NCBI GenBank assembly: GCA_032718475.1 | Contig: JAUCBJ010008878.1 | Coordinates: forward strand, 1 to 64,000 | Origin: Nemertoderma westbladi | Lineage: Eukaryota > Animalia > Xenacoelomorpha | DNA length: 64,000 nucleotides | Direction of reading: 5' to 3' | In this document: positions 8,825 to 21,252 of the stretch, piece after piece | Layout of the letters: each line of letters begins with the position of its first letter | How positions within the stretch are numbered: position 1 is the first letter of the stretch | Made by a program: the position numbers and the translations under genes | Notes under the pieces: model-generated | Databases searched by the model: none | Seen by the model: the letters and a program-made list of their open reading frames with translations, nothing else | Told to the model about the DNA's origin: nothing

Positions 8825-11128
8825 ATGCCACTCATAACTGGAGAAGAAGAAGACCTAGTAGGACGCATTAAGGATCTCATACTTGTGATCGAAGAGTCTC
8901 CTGAATATCATTATAAACCTCCCCTTGGAGACCTGGAGCTTTTGATTAAGACAGTAGTTAATTTGGGAGACGAGCAGTTAAACCAACCAATATTTCACTT
9001 ACTTTGGAAGGATCTAATCGAGTTATTGGAGACTGTGAATGATGCCAATAACTTACTCGATATAATAGGGTTAGACATGCCCAGGGTGGTTGAAGCATTT
9101 CAGGATCAATCACTTCTATTAACTCTTAAACAAGTTCAGAATATTGAGCTCCGCTTGGCTTCAAGGAGCAAGAAATTTTGTGAAGTTCTGGTGGATGAGT
9201 GCATTATCGAGCGTTGTCTTGAAGAACTAGACGAAATCGATACAAGTTTATACTCTTTGAAGACAGTTAGAGATGTCATGGCTGGAAATATATTTCTAAT
9301 TGGATGTTTGGTAAAAAAGATAAACAGTGCAATAGATATATGCACAGACAGTGATGGTGTGCGGATATTGACCAAGATGTTGCCACAAAGCGAAGCAAAA
9401 ATAAAATTGTTCTGTTATTATATTTTATCAATGATAATATTGAATGAGAATGACGATGTACTAATATCTAATTCTGATATTATCGGTACGGTTATAGAGA
9501 CGGTTAAAGAGTGTTTTTCCCAACCCCATCACCAGATCAATGTAGATAGCTACTCTCATGATGCTGATACAATGGCCACATTAATGCTGACAGATCTTTT
9601 GGAATGCCTTGGGAAAATATTGCTAAATGATAGCAATAGAAATGAGTTTGTTAAATTTGGTGGAATTCCTTGTTTAATGGAAGTTCTTCAGAGTGTAGAT
9701 TGTAATAACGAGGAGAAATCGTTGGCCATTAATATTATTTGGCTGTTATCTTTTGATGAAACACACTGCAAGACTTTAAGGGAAAGCACGTGTTGCGCAG
9801 AAATACTGGAAAATGTAGTTGTACAAGGTAATTGTGAAGATGATGCATTTGTTAAGCGTCTCAAAGAAAATGCTAAAGGAGCTCTCTTCGAAATACAAGG
9901 ATGCCCACCTAGCATTATTAGATCTAGAAATTTACTTCAAAATAATGCTGATCACAGTCAAAGTTTAATTATTTTGCTCAAAGCAATTCCCGAAGAAAAT
10001 AAACGTTTAGGAAGGGAAATCAAAAAGGTTAAAGCGAAACCAAGCTTGATTCAGAAGGCCAAAGAATTTTTCCCAAAGAGAAGGTCCCTGCCCAATGATG
10101 TAAATATGGTTGGTGCGACTGATCAGCCAACCTTATCCAGTAGAACGGCGCTTGTTGATGATCAATTGAAATTAGAAACATATCTGCCTCAAGATGATAA
10201 TACCTTTAGAAATCTGGGTGATTCTGAGCTTCCAGTTCTTCAAGCTTGTTCTTCACGGATGCCTGATAGGCCCTTGCCTAAAAATGTCCCACTCCAAGTG
10301 CAGAGCAGTAAACACGCTGTAGGACAAGCAATGCTTAGCTATCAATGGGACCACCAGACTACTATACTACGATTGAAAAAATACCTGGAAAGAGCGGGAA
10401 TTCCTGTTTGGATGGACGTGGATAACATGGAACGAGATATACTAGATAGTATGGCTGATGCTGTAGAAAGTTCAGATATTATAATTATGGGATTGTCAAA
10501 GAGATACAAGGACAGCTTGTCGTGTCGCACGGAAGCAAAGTATGCCTACACGAAGAAGAAGTCTGTGATTGCTGTGAAGGTTGAATCTAACTACGAACCA
10601 GATGGATGGTTGGGTGCACTGGTTGGAACGGCCCTATATCATGATATAAGTTCCAAAGAACTGTTAGATAAGGAATGGCCAAAGATAGCTGAACGTTTGG
10701 GAAAGGAGCTCAATATTACAATTAAAACTAAGGACAAGCAAGGACAGAGAGGCAAAGATATGATATCAAGTAAGAGAAATAAATTTAGAAATAGGTCTAA
10801 AAGAAAACAACATTCCATGAGCATCGATGAACCTGATTCTACTCCAACGACAAGAAATTCATCAGAGTTGAACAAATCTCCATCTCCCATCATTACTCCA
10901 GTAAGCGCATGGACCTCAATCGATGTTGATAAGTGGGTGAATACGAACCACTTGGAGAGTTTCAGCGAATTTTTTAAATTCTGGACAGGAAAACAACTCG
11001 TGGAACTGATTAATATCCGTAAAGAGTCAACGAATGCTTTGGTTGGGTTTGTTGAGTCGCATTCGGCATGTAATAACTCATCCCAGTTATTGCTTCTGTC
11101 AGCTCTTATCAATGATCTGATACAATGA
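8825..11128 (+). CDS. ARM-like repeat + TIR (TIR_2 type) + SAM-like protein, copy 1 (767 aa, single coding exon)
   Basis: ARM-like helical repeats (NRNEFVKFGGIPCLMEVL...AINIIWLLSFD...AKGALFEI); TIR MLSYQWDHQ...VWMDVDNM...MADAVESS...SCRTEAKYAY...DGWLG from 10331; SAM-like tail VSAWTSIDVDKWV...WTGKQLVEL. A splice acceptor (ttttatag) lies about 17 nt upstream of the ATG. Confidence 0.88.
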   Translation: MPLITGEEEDLVGRIKDLILVIEESPEYHYKPPLGDLELLIKTVVNLGDEQLNQPIFHLLWKDLIELLETVNDANNLLDIIGLDMPRVVEAFQDQSLLLTLKQVQNIELRLASRSKKFCEVLVDECIIERCLEELDEIDTSLYSLKTVRDVMAGNIFLIGCLVKKINSAIDICTDSDGVRILTKMLPQSEAKIKLFCYYILSMIILNENDDVLISNSDIIGTVIETVKECFSQPHHQINVDSYSHDADTMATLMLTDLLECLGKILLNDSNRNEFVKFGGIPCLMEVLQSVDCNNEEKSLAINIIWLLSFDETHCKTLRESTCCAEILENVVVQGNCEDDAFVKRLKENAKGALFEIQGCPPSIIRSRNLLQNNADHSQSLIILLKAIPEENKRLGREIKKVKAKPSLIQKAKEFFPKRRSLPNDVNMVGATDQPTLSSRTALVDDQLKLETYLPQDDNTFRNLGDSELPVLQACSSRMPDRPLPKNVPLQVQSSKHAVGQAMLSYQWDHQTTILRLKKYLERAGIPVWMDVDNMERDILDSMADAVESSDIIIMGLSKRYKDSLSCRTEAKYAYTKKKSVIAVKVESNYEPDGWLGALVGTALYHDISSKELLDKEWPKIAERLGKELNITIKTKDKQGQRGKDMISSKRNKFRNRSKRKQHSMSIDEPDSTPTTRNSSELNKSPSPIITPVSAWTSIDVDKWVNTNHLESFSEFFKFWTGKQLVELINIRKESTNALVGFVESHSACNNSSQLLLLSALINDLIQ

Positions 11129-12302
11129 TTATTTACTTCAAATTGTGTTTTTGATTTTCAAAGTTAACTAGATCGCTGTGCTAGCGCACCGCGAAAGAAG
11201 CTCTCCAGTTTCAGATGACTGTTGAACTGTCCACGTCCTCAAAATAATGCATTTACATCAATATTCTTTCAACAATTCAAACATTAATTAACTAATTAAT
11301 TACTGTAACTTAGAAGAAAAAGTCACAAGACAGTAGATATGTGCCAATAATTAGCTAAAAAGCATTAGACCCCCAGACGAAATGGGAGAAGGTTTTTACT
11401 TGTAAATATAAGAACCGAATCCACAAATGTTCTCACTTTGGATCTCGAGAGTCTAGAAATTCTTCGCTGGATACGCTAATATCCGGGGGTTCAAAGGTCT
11501 AATAAATCGAGCCGTTCTAAATGCAGTCTCAACTACCGGTCTAAATTTACTTGGTAGTCTTCCCACTAAGGTCTACCGACCACTTCTCAACCCCCACTAA
11601 CAGCGGAAGAATCGAATAATCTTTCGATTCTCGGGCGTACAGCTGTTGCAAACTGTGACATGTGTGTGTAACCTCACCAGGGCTACTCTCTCCAGAAGGG
11701 GAAAATCAATTTTATTACACAAGTAGTAAAGCCTTATCAGTCAACAGACAATCTGTAGTTCAGGGTGAGCACTGGGGTGTGGGCTAATTTACTTTTATAA
11801 TTTTATCCGAAAATATCTAATAATTTTGAATACCAAATGTGCTAAACCTGGGTCAAACAGCTGTCAATAGGACCAGATTACCTAGCATTTCGAGCGTCAA
11901 TGTGAATGTCTATATACTGTCCAATCTTCCTGCAATCGACTAATCAAAATAAATAAATAAATAACGTTCTAGCTAATATTTTGTCCACGAAAAACTGACA
12001 GGTTTTATTTCAATCACTCAACTTATGTACTAAAATAAAATAAACGGGAGAAATTAAACCCTAATGAAACCTAATCCAGCAAGACAAATGCAATGAGTAC
12101 TACTCAATTATTTGAGTCGACTAAGCTGGTGCACACGAAGCATCTACATATTAAACCCAACCTTCACCAAGATAATGCGCTAATGCTCTGCAAATACCTA
12201 AGTATTACAGTCCAAATCTAAATAATATTAAAGGCGGGCTTTATTGCGTCTAATTGGAATAATACGCCTAATATCGCTACCTCTTTTATACTAAATTTGG
12301 CT

Positions 12303-12434
12303 AAATTGGCTAAGTTATCTAAATTGGCTAAGTTATCTAAATTGGCTAAGTTAAATAAATTGGCTAAGTTATCTAAATGGGCTAAGTTATCTAAATTGGC
12401 TAAGTTATATAAATTGGCTAAGTTATCTAAATTG
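12303..12434 (+). repeat. 18-bp minisatellite (aaattggctaagttatct) x about 7
   Basis: Read directly from the sequence. Confidence 0.9.
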
Positions 12435-13222
12435 TACTGAGATACGAAAGGTGTTTCCGGCCTGTCAATGGCTTGAAACTTTCACCAAAACCCAAGTGCG
12501 AAGCAGAACACCCACAGCATCCGCCCCAAGTGTGAAGCAGAATCCCCACGGCATCTGCCCATATAGTGATCCCAAAACATGCCCGGTACTTCCCTTTAAT
12601 TAATAAATAGAAACCCTGTAATCTGTCATCTTGTCCACCTGCTCCCAATCGGGCTCCTGGTAGGTAATTCCTAAAGCCACCTACTCCATCGCATATAGTT
12701 TAACATGCGAACCGATAAGACGGTATAGGGTACTGCAAAGCAGTAAGCAAAACAAGCTAATACTGTAGCAGGCAGATTACATAATATTCAATTAAATACA
12801 GTGAATTGCAGAATAAACAAGAAATGAATCTGCACACAACAGCTAAATCAAACTATCAGCTACACCAACTGAAACTAGTAAGAATCAACAATGAATAACA
12901 GACTCAATACAGTGAATGAGTCACCCACATTTAAGCACAAAGCTTCTACCATTAAGGCAACCGTGATGGATAAACCAATGAGAGGGCTGGTTTGTAACCC
13001 TTCCCTCCTGAGGTACTGTATCACCATATATGGACATGAAAGTGCTTCTTAGTAATAGTGAATTCTGACAAAGGGATTACTGAGGGTATACATTTTATTC
13101 CAAAATTGTAACATTACTCAACGCCGTTAGTATTAACATCGAGATGTTATTTAGCACTTTACAACTTTAGAGGACATTACAGCATTGTATTGGCCTGTAC
13201 ATTTAGTATTGTATTTGGTGTT

Positions 13223-13317
13223 ATTGTTTACGTGGGAACCATTGACGGCGTTAAGTACAGTAATGTCCACTAAGGGGACATTACTTAACGCCGTCAAGGG
13301 TTACCACGTAAACAATA
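13223..13317. repeat. Imperfect palindrome of about 95 bp
   Basis: attgtttacgtgggaaccattgacggcgttaagta...tacttaacgccgtcaagggttaccacgtaaacaat. Confidence 0.8.
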
Positions 13318-13899
13318 GGTGGAAATTTGCCTGACAACCAGATAGGCCTACTGCATATTGTCTACCGGTAGGCGGGGTATAGCTATTAATAACCAGTAGG
13401 GCCTAGCTATATTATTATAACATGGCTCCAAACACCACCATATATATAAGCTAACTTATTTTAACATAATTTATGTCATTTTTACATTTATTTATATACA
13501 GCAACTAATATAATTTGTACAGTTTCTATCACTTATAATGTATATGTGCAATCATTTCGTAATGTTAAAATTTTGGAATAAAACTACATACATACTTGTT
13601 GCAAAGAAATTTACAGTGTTCTGATCCTCGTGGCTTTATTTTCACTCACTGACTAACGTTCGTTAGTGTAACAACGCCACTCGGATCATCACACTGTAAA
13701 GTGATACTTTACACACAAGTATGTAAGTAGTTATTACTATCAAAATTCGGTTGTTGTGGTATTCATATTAAATATACACTGCAAACAACAATGTGTTAAC
13801 TATGAATACAACTATTGCGCCCAAGTAAATATAAATGCAGGTCAGGTCAGGTATTCTAGGTAATTGATCAAGAAAACTTGCCACCTCCATGCAGCATAA

Positions 13900-16800
13900 A
13901 GGAGGTGCCACCTGTAGCTGCATAGACGCTCTTACTAGGGCTAATCTGGTCCTGTAACTAGGACCCCCTTCGTTCTGGGATAAGGACGCCCTTGGTCCTG
14001 GATTAAGGACCCATATACTTGGCTGCAGGGGTATATGGCCTGGCAAGGCAGATGGTGATCTACTAATGGCTGGTCAGGAGTAGAGTGTTCTCATGTCCAC
14101 TCTGAGTGCACTTCACTGCGACCTACACCTGGCAGCAGGGGTACAGAGCATGAACCAGCAGATGAGCTGCACAGCTAATGGTGGGTCATGTGCGCGAGAG
14201 TAGATATGGGTGATGGGCCTCATATCTGACTCAACTGCGACACCCACCCTGTGGAATGGCAAACCAGGGTGTGGTATTTGCCCCGAGAGCTGACTCGCCA
14301 AAAAAACACCCCCAACCCCCACTATGGATTACATTACTAATGCGGAGGTCCAGCCCCTAGAGGCCAGTGGAATGACTGGACACAATCGGCCTCACAGGCG
14401 TCAGTTATCTCCTGACCGGCTGCCTGTCTCACCCCCTACTGGAGAGAAAGCGGCAAACAATTCTATGAGTCCCTTTCCTGATGACCTTTCTGGCCCAAAC
14501 CCTGGGTCACCAGGGAGGCCAGATTGTGAGGCGGAGAGGGATTCTGGAGTTGGAGGCTGCTCTCATGTTCCCCCCTGACCAAGAAAGCCATTGGTGAATC
14601 TGAGGCAAGTCACTAGACTAGCCTCAGTACACACCCTAACACTCGGGTCCCCAATGCGACAAGGTGAGCTGACTGCCTTGGCAGATAAGCTTTCTCTTAG
14701 TGCAGTGGGTGTTCAAGAGCACCGAATGCAGACTGGACAGACTGATGAGGTTCTGATTAAGGACACGGGGGGCGGTTGGCGACTCGCCCTCGCTTCAGCA
14801 GATGATAGTGGCAATGGTGGAATTGGTCTATTGATGAATCCAACTGCACATGCAGCATTGGACAAAATAGACCAAATCTCTAACCGCATCATCCGTTGCC
14901 ACTTCTCATGTTCTGGAAGACTGGCTAAGAAGTTTCCTAAGGTGGTTCTGATTGTGTGCTACTCTCCAACTAGTGTTGCCCCTGTAGAGGAGGTGGAAAA
15001 TTTCTACCAGAATCTACAAGCAGCTACTGATGGAGTGGATCAGCATGCATTCTTAACATTCCTGGGAGACTTTAATGCAAGTCTGCATCAATCACCTACA
15101 TCGCCCTGGGTCTATAACAATAGTGTTAACCGAAATTCCGTCCATCTTCAGGATTTTATCTCTGGAAATGGATTGTTTTCGGCTGGAACCCAGTTCAAGA
15201 AGCGAACTGGAAAGCTATGGACTCATAGTGGACCCAGTGGTCACAAGTCCCAGATAGACCATATCCTGTTTCGTAGGAAATACAGGAGCTCTATACAAGA
15301 CTGTAATGCATTTACACTACGACCCTTCTCCAGTGATCACCGCCTTATTGTGGCCAAGGTAAGACTAAGTCTGCGTGCTAGCAGAACAACGAAATCTGCC
15401 TTGCCGCGGCATGACTGGTCCTCTCTGTTGCAACAGCCAAGTGTGAGATCCAGCTTCACACTACAGCTGAGCAACATGTATGAGGTTCTTGTCTCTGAGG
15501 CGGCAGATCACTCACTGTGAGGGCTATACTGCCTTCTCAGAGGCAGTTAAGTTAGCAGCTGCAGAAACAGTTCCTGTATCCCCTCGAAACAGGAAACGGA
15601 CCCCCTGGACTGACAACAAAATTCTGAAGTGCCGAAATGACCTCTACAAGGCGCAGAAAGAGTCCCGACTCAAACAGACTATAGCGGCCAAGAATGCAGT
15701 TAAGGCTGCATCTAGGTCCCTGAACAGGCAGTACTCTGTTAATCTACAGGAGCTAATAAACCAACAGGTTGATGCCATCAATGATGCTGACGACAGCAGG
15801 CAATCATCCCAGGCATGGAGATCGATCAACTTGCTTGCTGGTCGAAAAAGCCAACCAACCACCAAGGTTAAGGCTGAATCACCAGCCGATCGCCTCAATG
15901 GATGGAAGGCCCACGTGGAAAAGCTCCTCAATAATGACAGGGTATTGCCTGATAACTTTATAGAAGTAAAAGTGTCTGAGTCTGTACTCCCAGATATTCC
16001 CATTGGTGATATCTCCTTTGCAGAAGTGAAGGCTGCTGCAAAGAGCATTAAGACCAATCGCGCCAGTGGAGTAGATGGTGTTCCCCCTGAGGTCTTTAAA
16101 ATACCTGAGTGTTTAAAGCTCATCTATCCCATCATAGTAGACATGTACCGAACAACAAGAGTCCCACAAGAAATGAAAACAAATAAGTTGGTGCCAGTTC
16201 CCAAGAAGGGCAACCTAACACTCTATGGTTCTTTTCGGGGAATCTCATTGATCTCGATTGCTAGAATATAATTCTATTAAATCGCATCAGGGAGCCCATT
16301 GAGAGACTGCTCCGTGGAAATCAGAATGGGTTCCGTAAAGGTCGTGGGACCATGGAGCCCATTTTGGCACTTAGAAGGATAATTGAAGAGTTATCAAAAA
16401 AGAAAGACAGGCATCTGGCTGTTATCTTTGTTGATTTCTTCAAGGCCTTTGACTCAGTCTCTCGCTCATGTATGTTCAGCATACTTTCATTATATGGGAT
16501 TCCTGATGAAATTATTGCAGCAATCAGATCAGTATACGATGGTTCGACAACATTTGTGTCTACTGTTGACGGTGACACAGAACCATTTGAAGTGTTATGG
16601 GGCGTCCTCCAGGGAGACACACTTGCACCATTCTTGTTCATAATTGTTGTTGACTATGTTCTACGCATGTCCTTAGATTATAATAATGATGATGGGGTGA
16701 TGATAACTCCACCTTCTGGCTCCAGAAGTCGAGGAAATCCTACCAAGTACCTAACTGATCTAGACTTTACTAATGACTTAGAAGTACTCTCAGAATCAAT

Positions 16801-17441
16801 AGAGGGAGCCCAACGGCTCCTCAGCTCTTTAGAACATGCTGTTTCTAGTGTTGGTCTTTTTATTAACTCCAGAAAGACCAAAATTTTGACAGTTAACTTT
16901 GAAAGTCCTCAGCAAGTCTCTGATCGGATGAGCATAAGCTCAAAAGATGGTATGCTTGAGCATGTGGATGACTTCTGTTACCTGGGATCATGGATCCGGA
17001 AGTCAGGTGAGGACTTTCGAATACGTAAGGGAAAGGCATGGGCAGCCTTGAATAGGCTTTCCAGGATTTGGAAGTCACCGAGAATTAATCGGAAACTTAA
17101 GGTCCGATTATTTAGAGCAGCAGTAGTTCCAGTACTCCTCTACGGGAGTCCATGCTGGGCTCTAACTGCTGAGGACACCAAATCTCTGGATGGCACATTC
17201 ACAAGAATGCTACGCCGGGTACATTGTGTCAAGTACAATGCACACATCTCCAACCAGACACTATATAACATTGGAGGTGTCTCATTGGTTCCCCCAGGCT
17301 TGACACTAGAACAAAATCGCCTCCGCTTTGCAGGACATTGCTTTCGTCTTGAGGACCAGCCAGTGCATAATCTTGTACTTTGGCAGCCCATGGAGTGAAT
17401 AAGCATGGTGGACAGCCCATGACTTTCTTGAGACGCATCTT
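13900..17441 (+). mobile_element. RTE-like non-LTR retrotransposon (AP endonuclease + RT), inactivated and 3'-truncated
   Basis: ORF starts at 14324 with an in-frame TGA at 14576; EN motifs VGVQEHR, YSPT, GDFNA, QIDHIL, SDH; RT motifs QNGFRKGRGT, FVDFFKAFDS, GVLQGDTLAPFLF; catalytic FADD decayed to FTND; frameshifts near 15520 and 16270. The 5' boundary is approximate. Confidence 0.88.
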
Positions 17442-18974
17442 CAAGGCCAGTGTCCTTTAAGATGCGTCTCAAGAAAGTCATGGGCTGTCCACCATGCTTA
17501 TTCACTCCATGAGGCTGCCAAAGTACAAGATTATGCGCTGGCTGCTGGTCCTCACGGCGAAAGCAATGTCCTGCAAAGCGGAGGCGATTTTGTTCTAGTG
17601 TCAAGCTTTGGGGAACCAATGAGACACCTCCAATGATATATAGTGTCTGGTTGGAGATGTGTGCATTGTACTTGACACAATGAACCCGGCGTAGCATTCT
17701 TGTGAATGTGCCATCCAGAGATTTGGTGTCCTCAGCAGTTAGAGCCCAGCATGGACTCCCATAGAGGAGTACTGGAACTACTGCTGCTGTAAATAATCGG
17801 ACCTTAAGTTTCCGATTAATTCTCGGTGACTTCCAAATCCTGGAAAGCCTATTCAAGGCTGCCCATGCCTTTCCCTTACGTATTCGAAGGTCCTCACCTG
17901 ACTTCCGGATCCATGAACCCAGGTGACAGACGTCGTCCACATGCTCAATCATACCATCCTTTGAGCTTATGCTCATCCGGTCAGAGAGTTGCAAAAGAGA
18001 GTCTGTCAAAATTTTGGTCATTTTTGGAGTTAATAAAAAGACCAACACTATAAGCAGCATGTTCTAATGAGCTGAGGAGCCGATGAGCTCCCTCTAGTAA
18101 TTCTGAGAGTACCCCTAAGTCATCAGCAAAGTCAAGATCAGTTAGGTATTTGGCAAGATTTCCTCGACTTCTGGACCCAGTAGGTGGAGTTATCATCACC
18201 CCATCATCATTATGATGATCTAGTGACATGCTTATAGTCAACCATAATTATGAACAAGAATGGCGCAAGTGTGTCTCCCTGGATGACGCCCCATAACACT
18301 TCAAATGGTTCTGTGTCACCGTCAACAGTAGACACAAATGTTATCGAACCATCGTATACTGATCTGATTGCTGCAATAATTTCGTCAGGAATCCCATATA
18401 ATGAAAGTATGGTGAACATACGTGAGCGAGAGACTGAATCAAAGGCCTTGAATAAGTCAACAAAGATAACAGCCAGATGCCTGTCTTTCTTTTTTGATCA
18501 CTCTCTTCAATTAGCCTTCTAAGTGCCAAAATGGGCTCCATGGTCTCACGACCTTTTAAGGAAACCATTCTGATTTCCATGGAGCAGTCTCTCAATGGGA
18601 TCCCTGATGCGATTTAATAGAATTCTATTGTATAGCTTTGCAGCAATCGAGATCAATGAGATTCCCCGAAAAGAACCATAGAGTGTTAGGTTGCCCTTCT
18701 TGAGAACTGGCACCAACTTATTTGTTTTCATTTCTTGTGGGACTCTTGTTGTTCGGTACATGTCTACTATGATGGGATAGATGAGCTTTAAACACTCAGG
18801 TATTTTAAAGACCTCAGGGGGGGAACTCCATCTACTCCACTGGCACGATTGGTCTTAATGCTCTTTGCAGCAGCCTTCACTTCTGCAAAGAAGATATCGC
18901 CAATGGGAATATCTGGGAGTACAGATTCAGAACACTTTTACTTCTTTAAAGTTATCGGGCAATATCCTGTCATT
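17442..18974 (-). mobile_element. Inverted copy of the RT region of the same RTE-like LINE
   Basis: Reverse complement of 15933-17441; retains DLDFADD and carries its own frameshifts. Confidence 0.9.
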
Positions 18975-21252
18975 GAATTAAAGACACTTATTGAATTACT
19001 TGAAATACACTTATTGCAAGGATTAAGGATTTAGAATAATATATAATTATGGGAATAAATTAATTAATGGTTGTGATTATGTGCCATATTATTGAATGCT
19101 TTTAAGAAATCCATTAACTACAGTAGTTGCAAAGACATAGACGTTTAATATATGAATTGAATAGGCCTAATGTTAGCACTTTCTGCTTTCTGTTGGCCGG
19201 TATTATTCATTTCAGAAACTCATAATCACCTCTTGTGATCTCGGCTCGATTAATAATCAATTTATTTCAATTTTAGTTATAAAGCGCTAACATCTGGTCT
19301 GGCTTGCTATGCAATAAATATACAACAAAATTAGCCTTAAAGAGCTAACATTTAATATATGTCTTATTGAGAAACTCTATAGTGCTAACAGTTAGCACTT
19401 TACCTTTTTCAATAATTCTGAATCTGGTCGCTAGGAGGCAGTTGTTAAAATTTGTTGCTATTTCACTTTTTAAATTTGTGCTTGCAAAGAGGTCAAACTG
19501 CTAACACTTCGAAATGAGCCAATCGGAACCTGGAATTGTAGTCAACTTGTCTTAACCAATTTTTTTCAGGGAGTGTTAGCACTTTAGGTTAGCACTTTAA
19601 AACAGTTCGCACTTTACCATTGCAGGACTGCTGTTTGTTAGCACTTTAGTACTTCTAAAAACAGTAACCACACCCCCCCCCCCTCCCTTCGTGCTCTCAA
19701 ATACATTAGGCCTACACAATACATAACTTTTATCCTTTTAATATTTTGAGATAATATGATTAATATTCATCTACACAGTAAATTAACTTTAATATGAACA
19801 AAGTAAATAAAATTAATCAATGACTCTTTACGTAAAATATGTAGGCCTACCCTGGATGAATATAAAGATAATACAGTATGTTAATATCACACGCACATTA
19901 GGCCTACGCCTAAACTGTTCTATTTTATTTACACCTATTTTTCTGTACTAAATTTTCTAAAATTACAAATAATAATATTAATAATAAGAAATATTTATAT
20001 CTGGTGATGCGGGCGGGTCCTGCACAATACTTACCGGTATACAGTATATTACGTCGGGTTCACTGTGTCAAGCACATATAATATTGGATGACTCCCATTG
20101 GTCCACCCAAGCTTGAGACTTGAGCCGCTTCCGCTTCGCAGGACATTGCTTTCGCTGTTAGTGATCAAGAATTGTTGTAACATATTGAAAGATATGCATC
20201 TATAATAACTATTTACATCATTGTGTGCAAAGTAGCACTTTGCAGCGTTATGACCCGAGTTTATTTTATGTACCGAGCGAGTGCAGCGAGGGAGGTTTAC
20301 ATAAATAAACAAGGGTCTTTAACGCTGAAAAGTGACATATTACAATTCATATACGTACCTGTGATATTTTCGTATATTGCAAAAATAAAACTGCAACCTA
20401 TGTTATTGAGACAGTTTATTGTTTTGGTTAGAAAAGCCCGCCACTGTAACCTGCTCGTTTCTGTTAATTAATAAATCTAGAGAGAAAACTGGGGAGTGTT
20501 CTCAGCCTAGGGTGAGAAGACTGGGGAGTTATATTTGGTGGGGAGTTATCTCAGCCTGTTACACCGGCAAAGCCGACATCCAATCAAAATATGAAATTCA
20601 CTCGGAATGCGCCAATAAACAGTTTCCTATGGAAAAGTCTAACCACAGTAAATATCATTGATGCATAATTATCAGCAAACCGTTGGGCCCTGTAGGCTGT
20701 AGCTGCATTCAATATCCAAACGGACGGCAGATGAGCAGATACAGTTCTGCATTCAGAAATCACAAAGGGATTCATTCCACATTGAACCCTCAACAAAATG
20801 ATCATAATCTAATATCGATAACACCGGACTATCTCTACTTGTTCATGTTCACACATCCATATTCTCCTCATCAACATATTACAGTAGGAACTATCTCCCT
20901 CACATTGTTAAGGGGGAACCCCAACCAACGCGGACGCCTCACGCGTCAAGATTATAAAATAGGTTGCATGGGTTCCTATGGGAGCAGCCCCAACCAACGC
21001 GTCAAGCGGAAGCTTTAAAATAATTTTAGGTCTCAGACCTATTTTGCGGACGTGTCAAAATTATAGAAAGCATTTAAGTCTATGAGAGGAGCCCCAAACC
21101 ACGCGGACGCGTCAAAGTACAGCATTAATTTAACTGTACTATTGTTGTGTATTATATAAATTACTGTACAGGGGTTGCAATACTGTTATTGTATTTCGTT
21201 TAGTTTGCAGTTTGTTGATGGACTGTGTGTGTGTTTGACTGCTAGGCTGAAA

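Noticed and set aside
10639-11112. 157-aa antisense ORF conserved in both ARM-TIR copies (also 26484-26957)
   Set aside because: Expected by-product of high identity between the sense genes; no independent coding signal.
8825-11128. Calling the gene SARM1 or a bacterial Thoeris/TIR horizontal transfer
   Set aside because: Domain order differs from SARM1, and the context (splice acceptor, host-like composition) is eukaryotic; only a phylogeny could decide.
11660-13030. Possible LTR retroelement leader and PBS on the - strand
   Set aside because: No gag/pol ORF, paired LTRs or TSD could be established.
13900-14320. HDV-like or hammerhead ribozyme in the RTE 5' region
   Set aside because: Hairpins are present but I could not fit the required core; needs an Infernal or RNArobo search.
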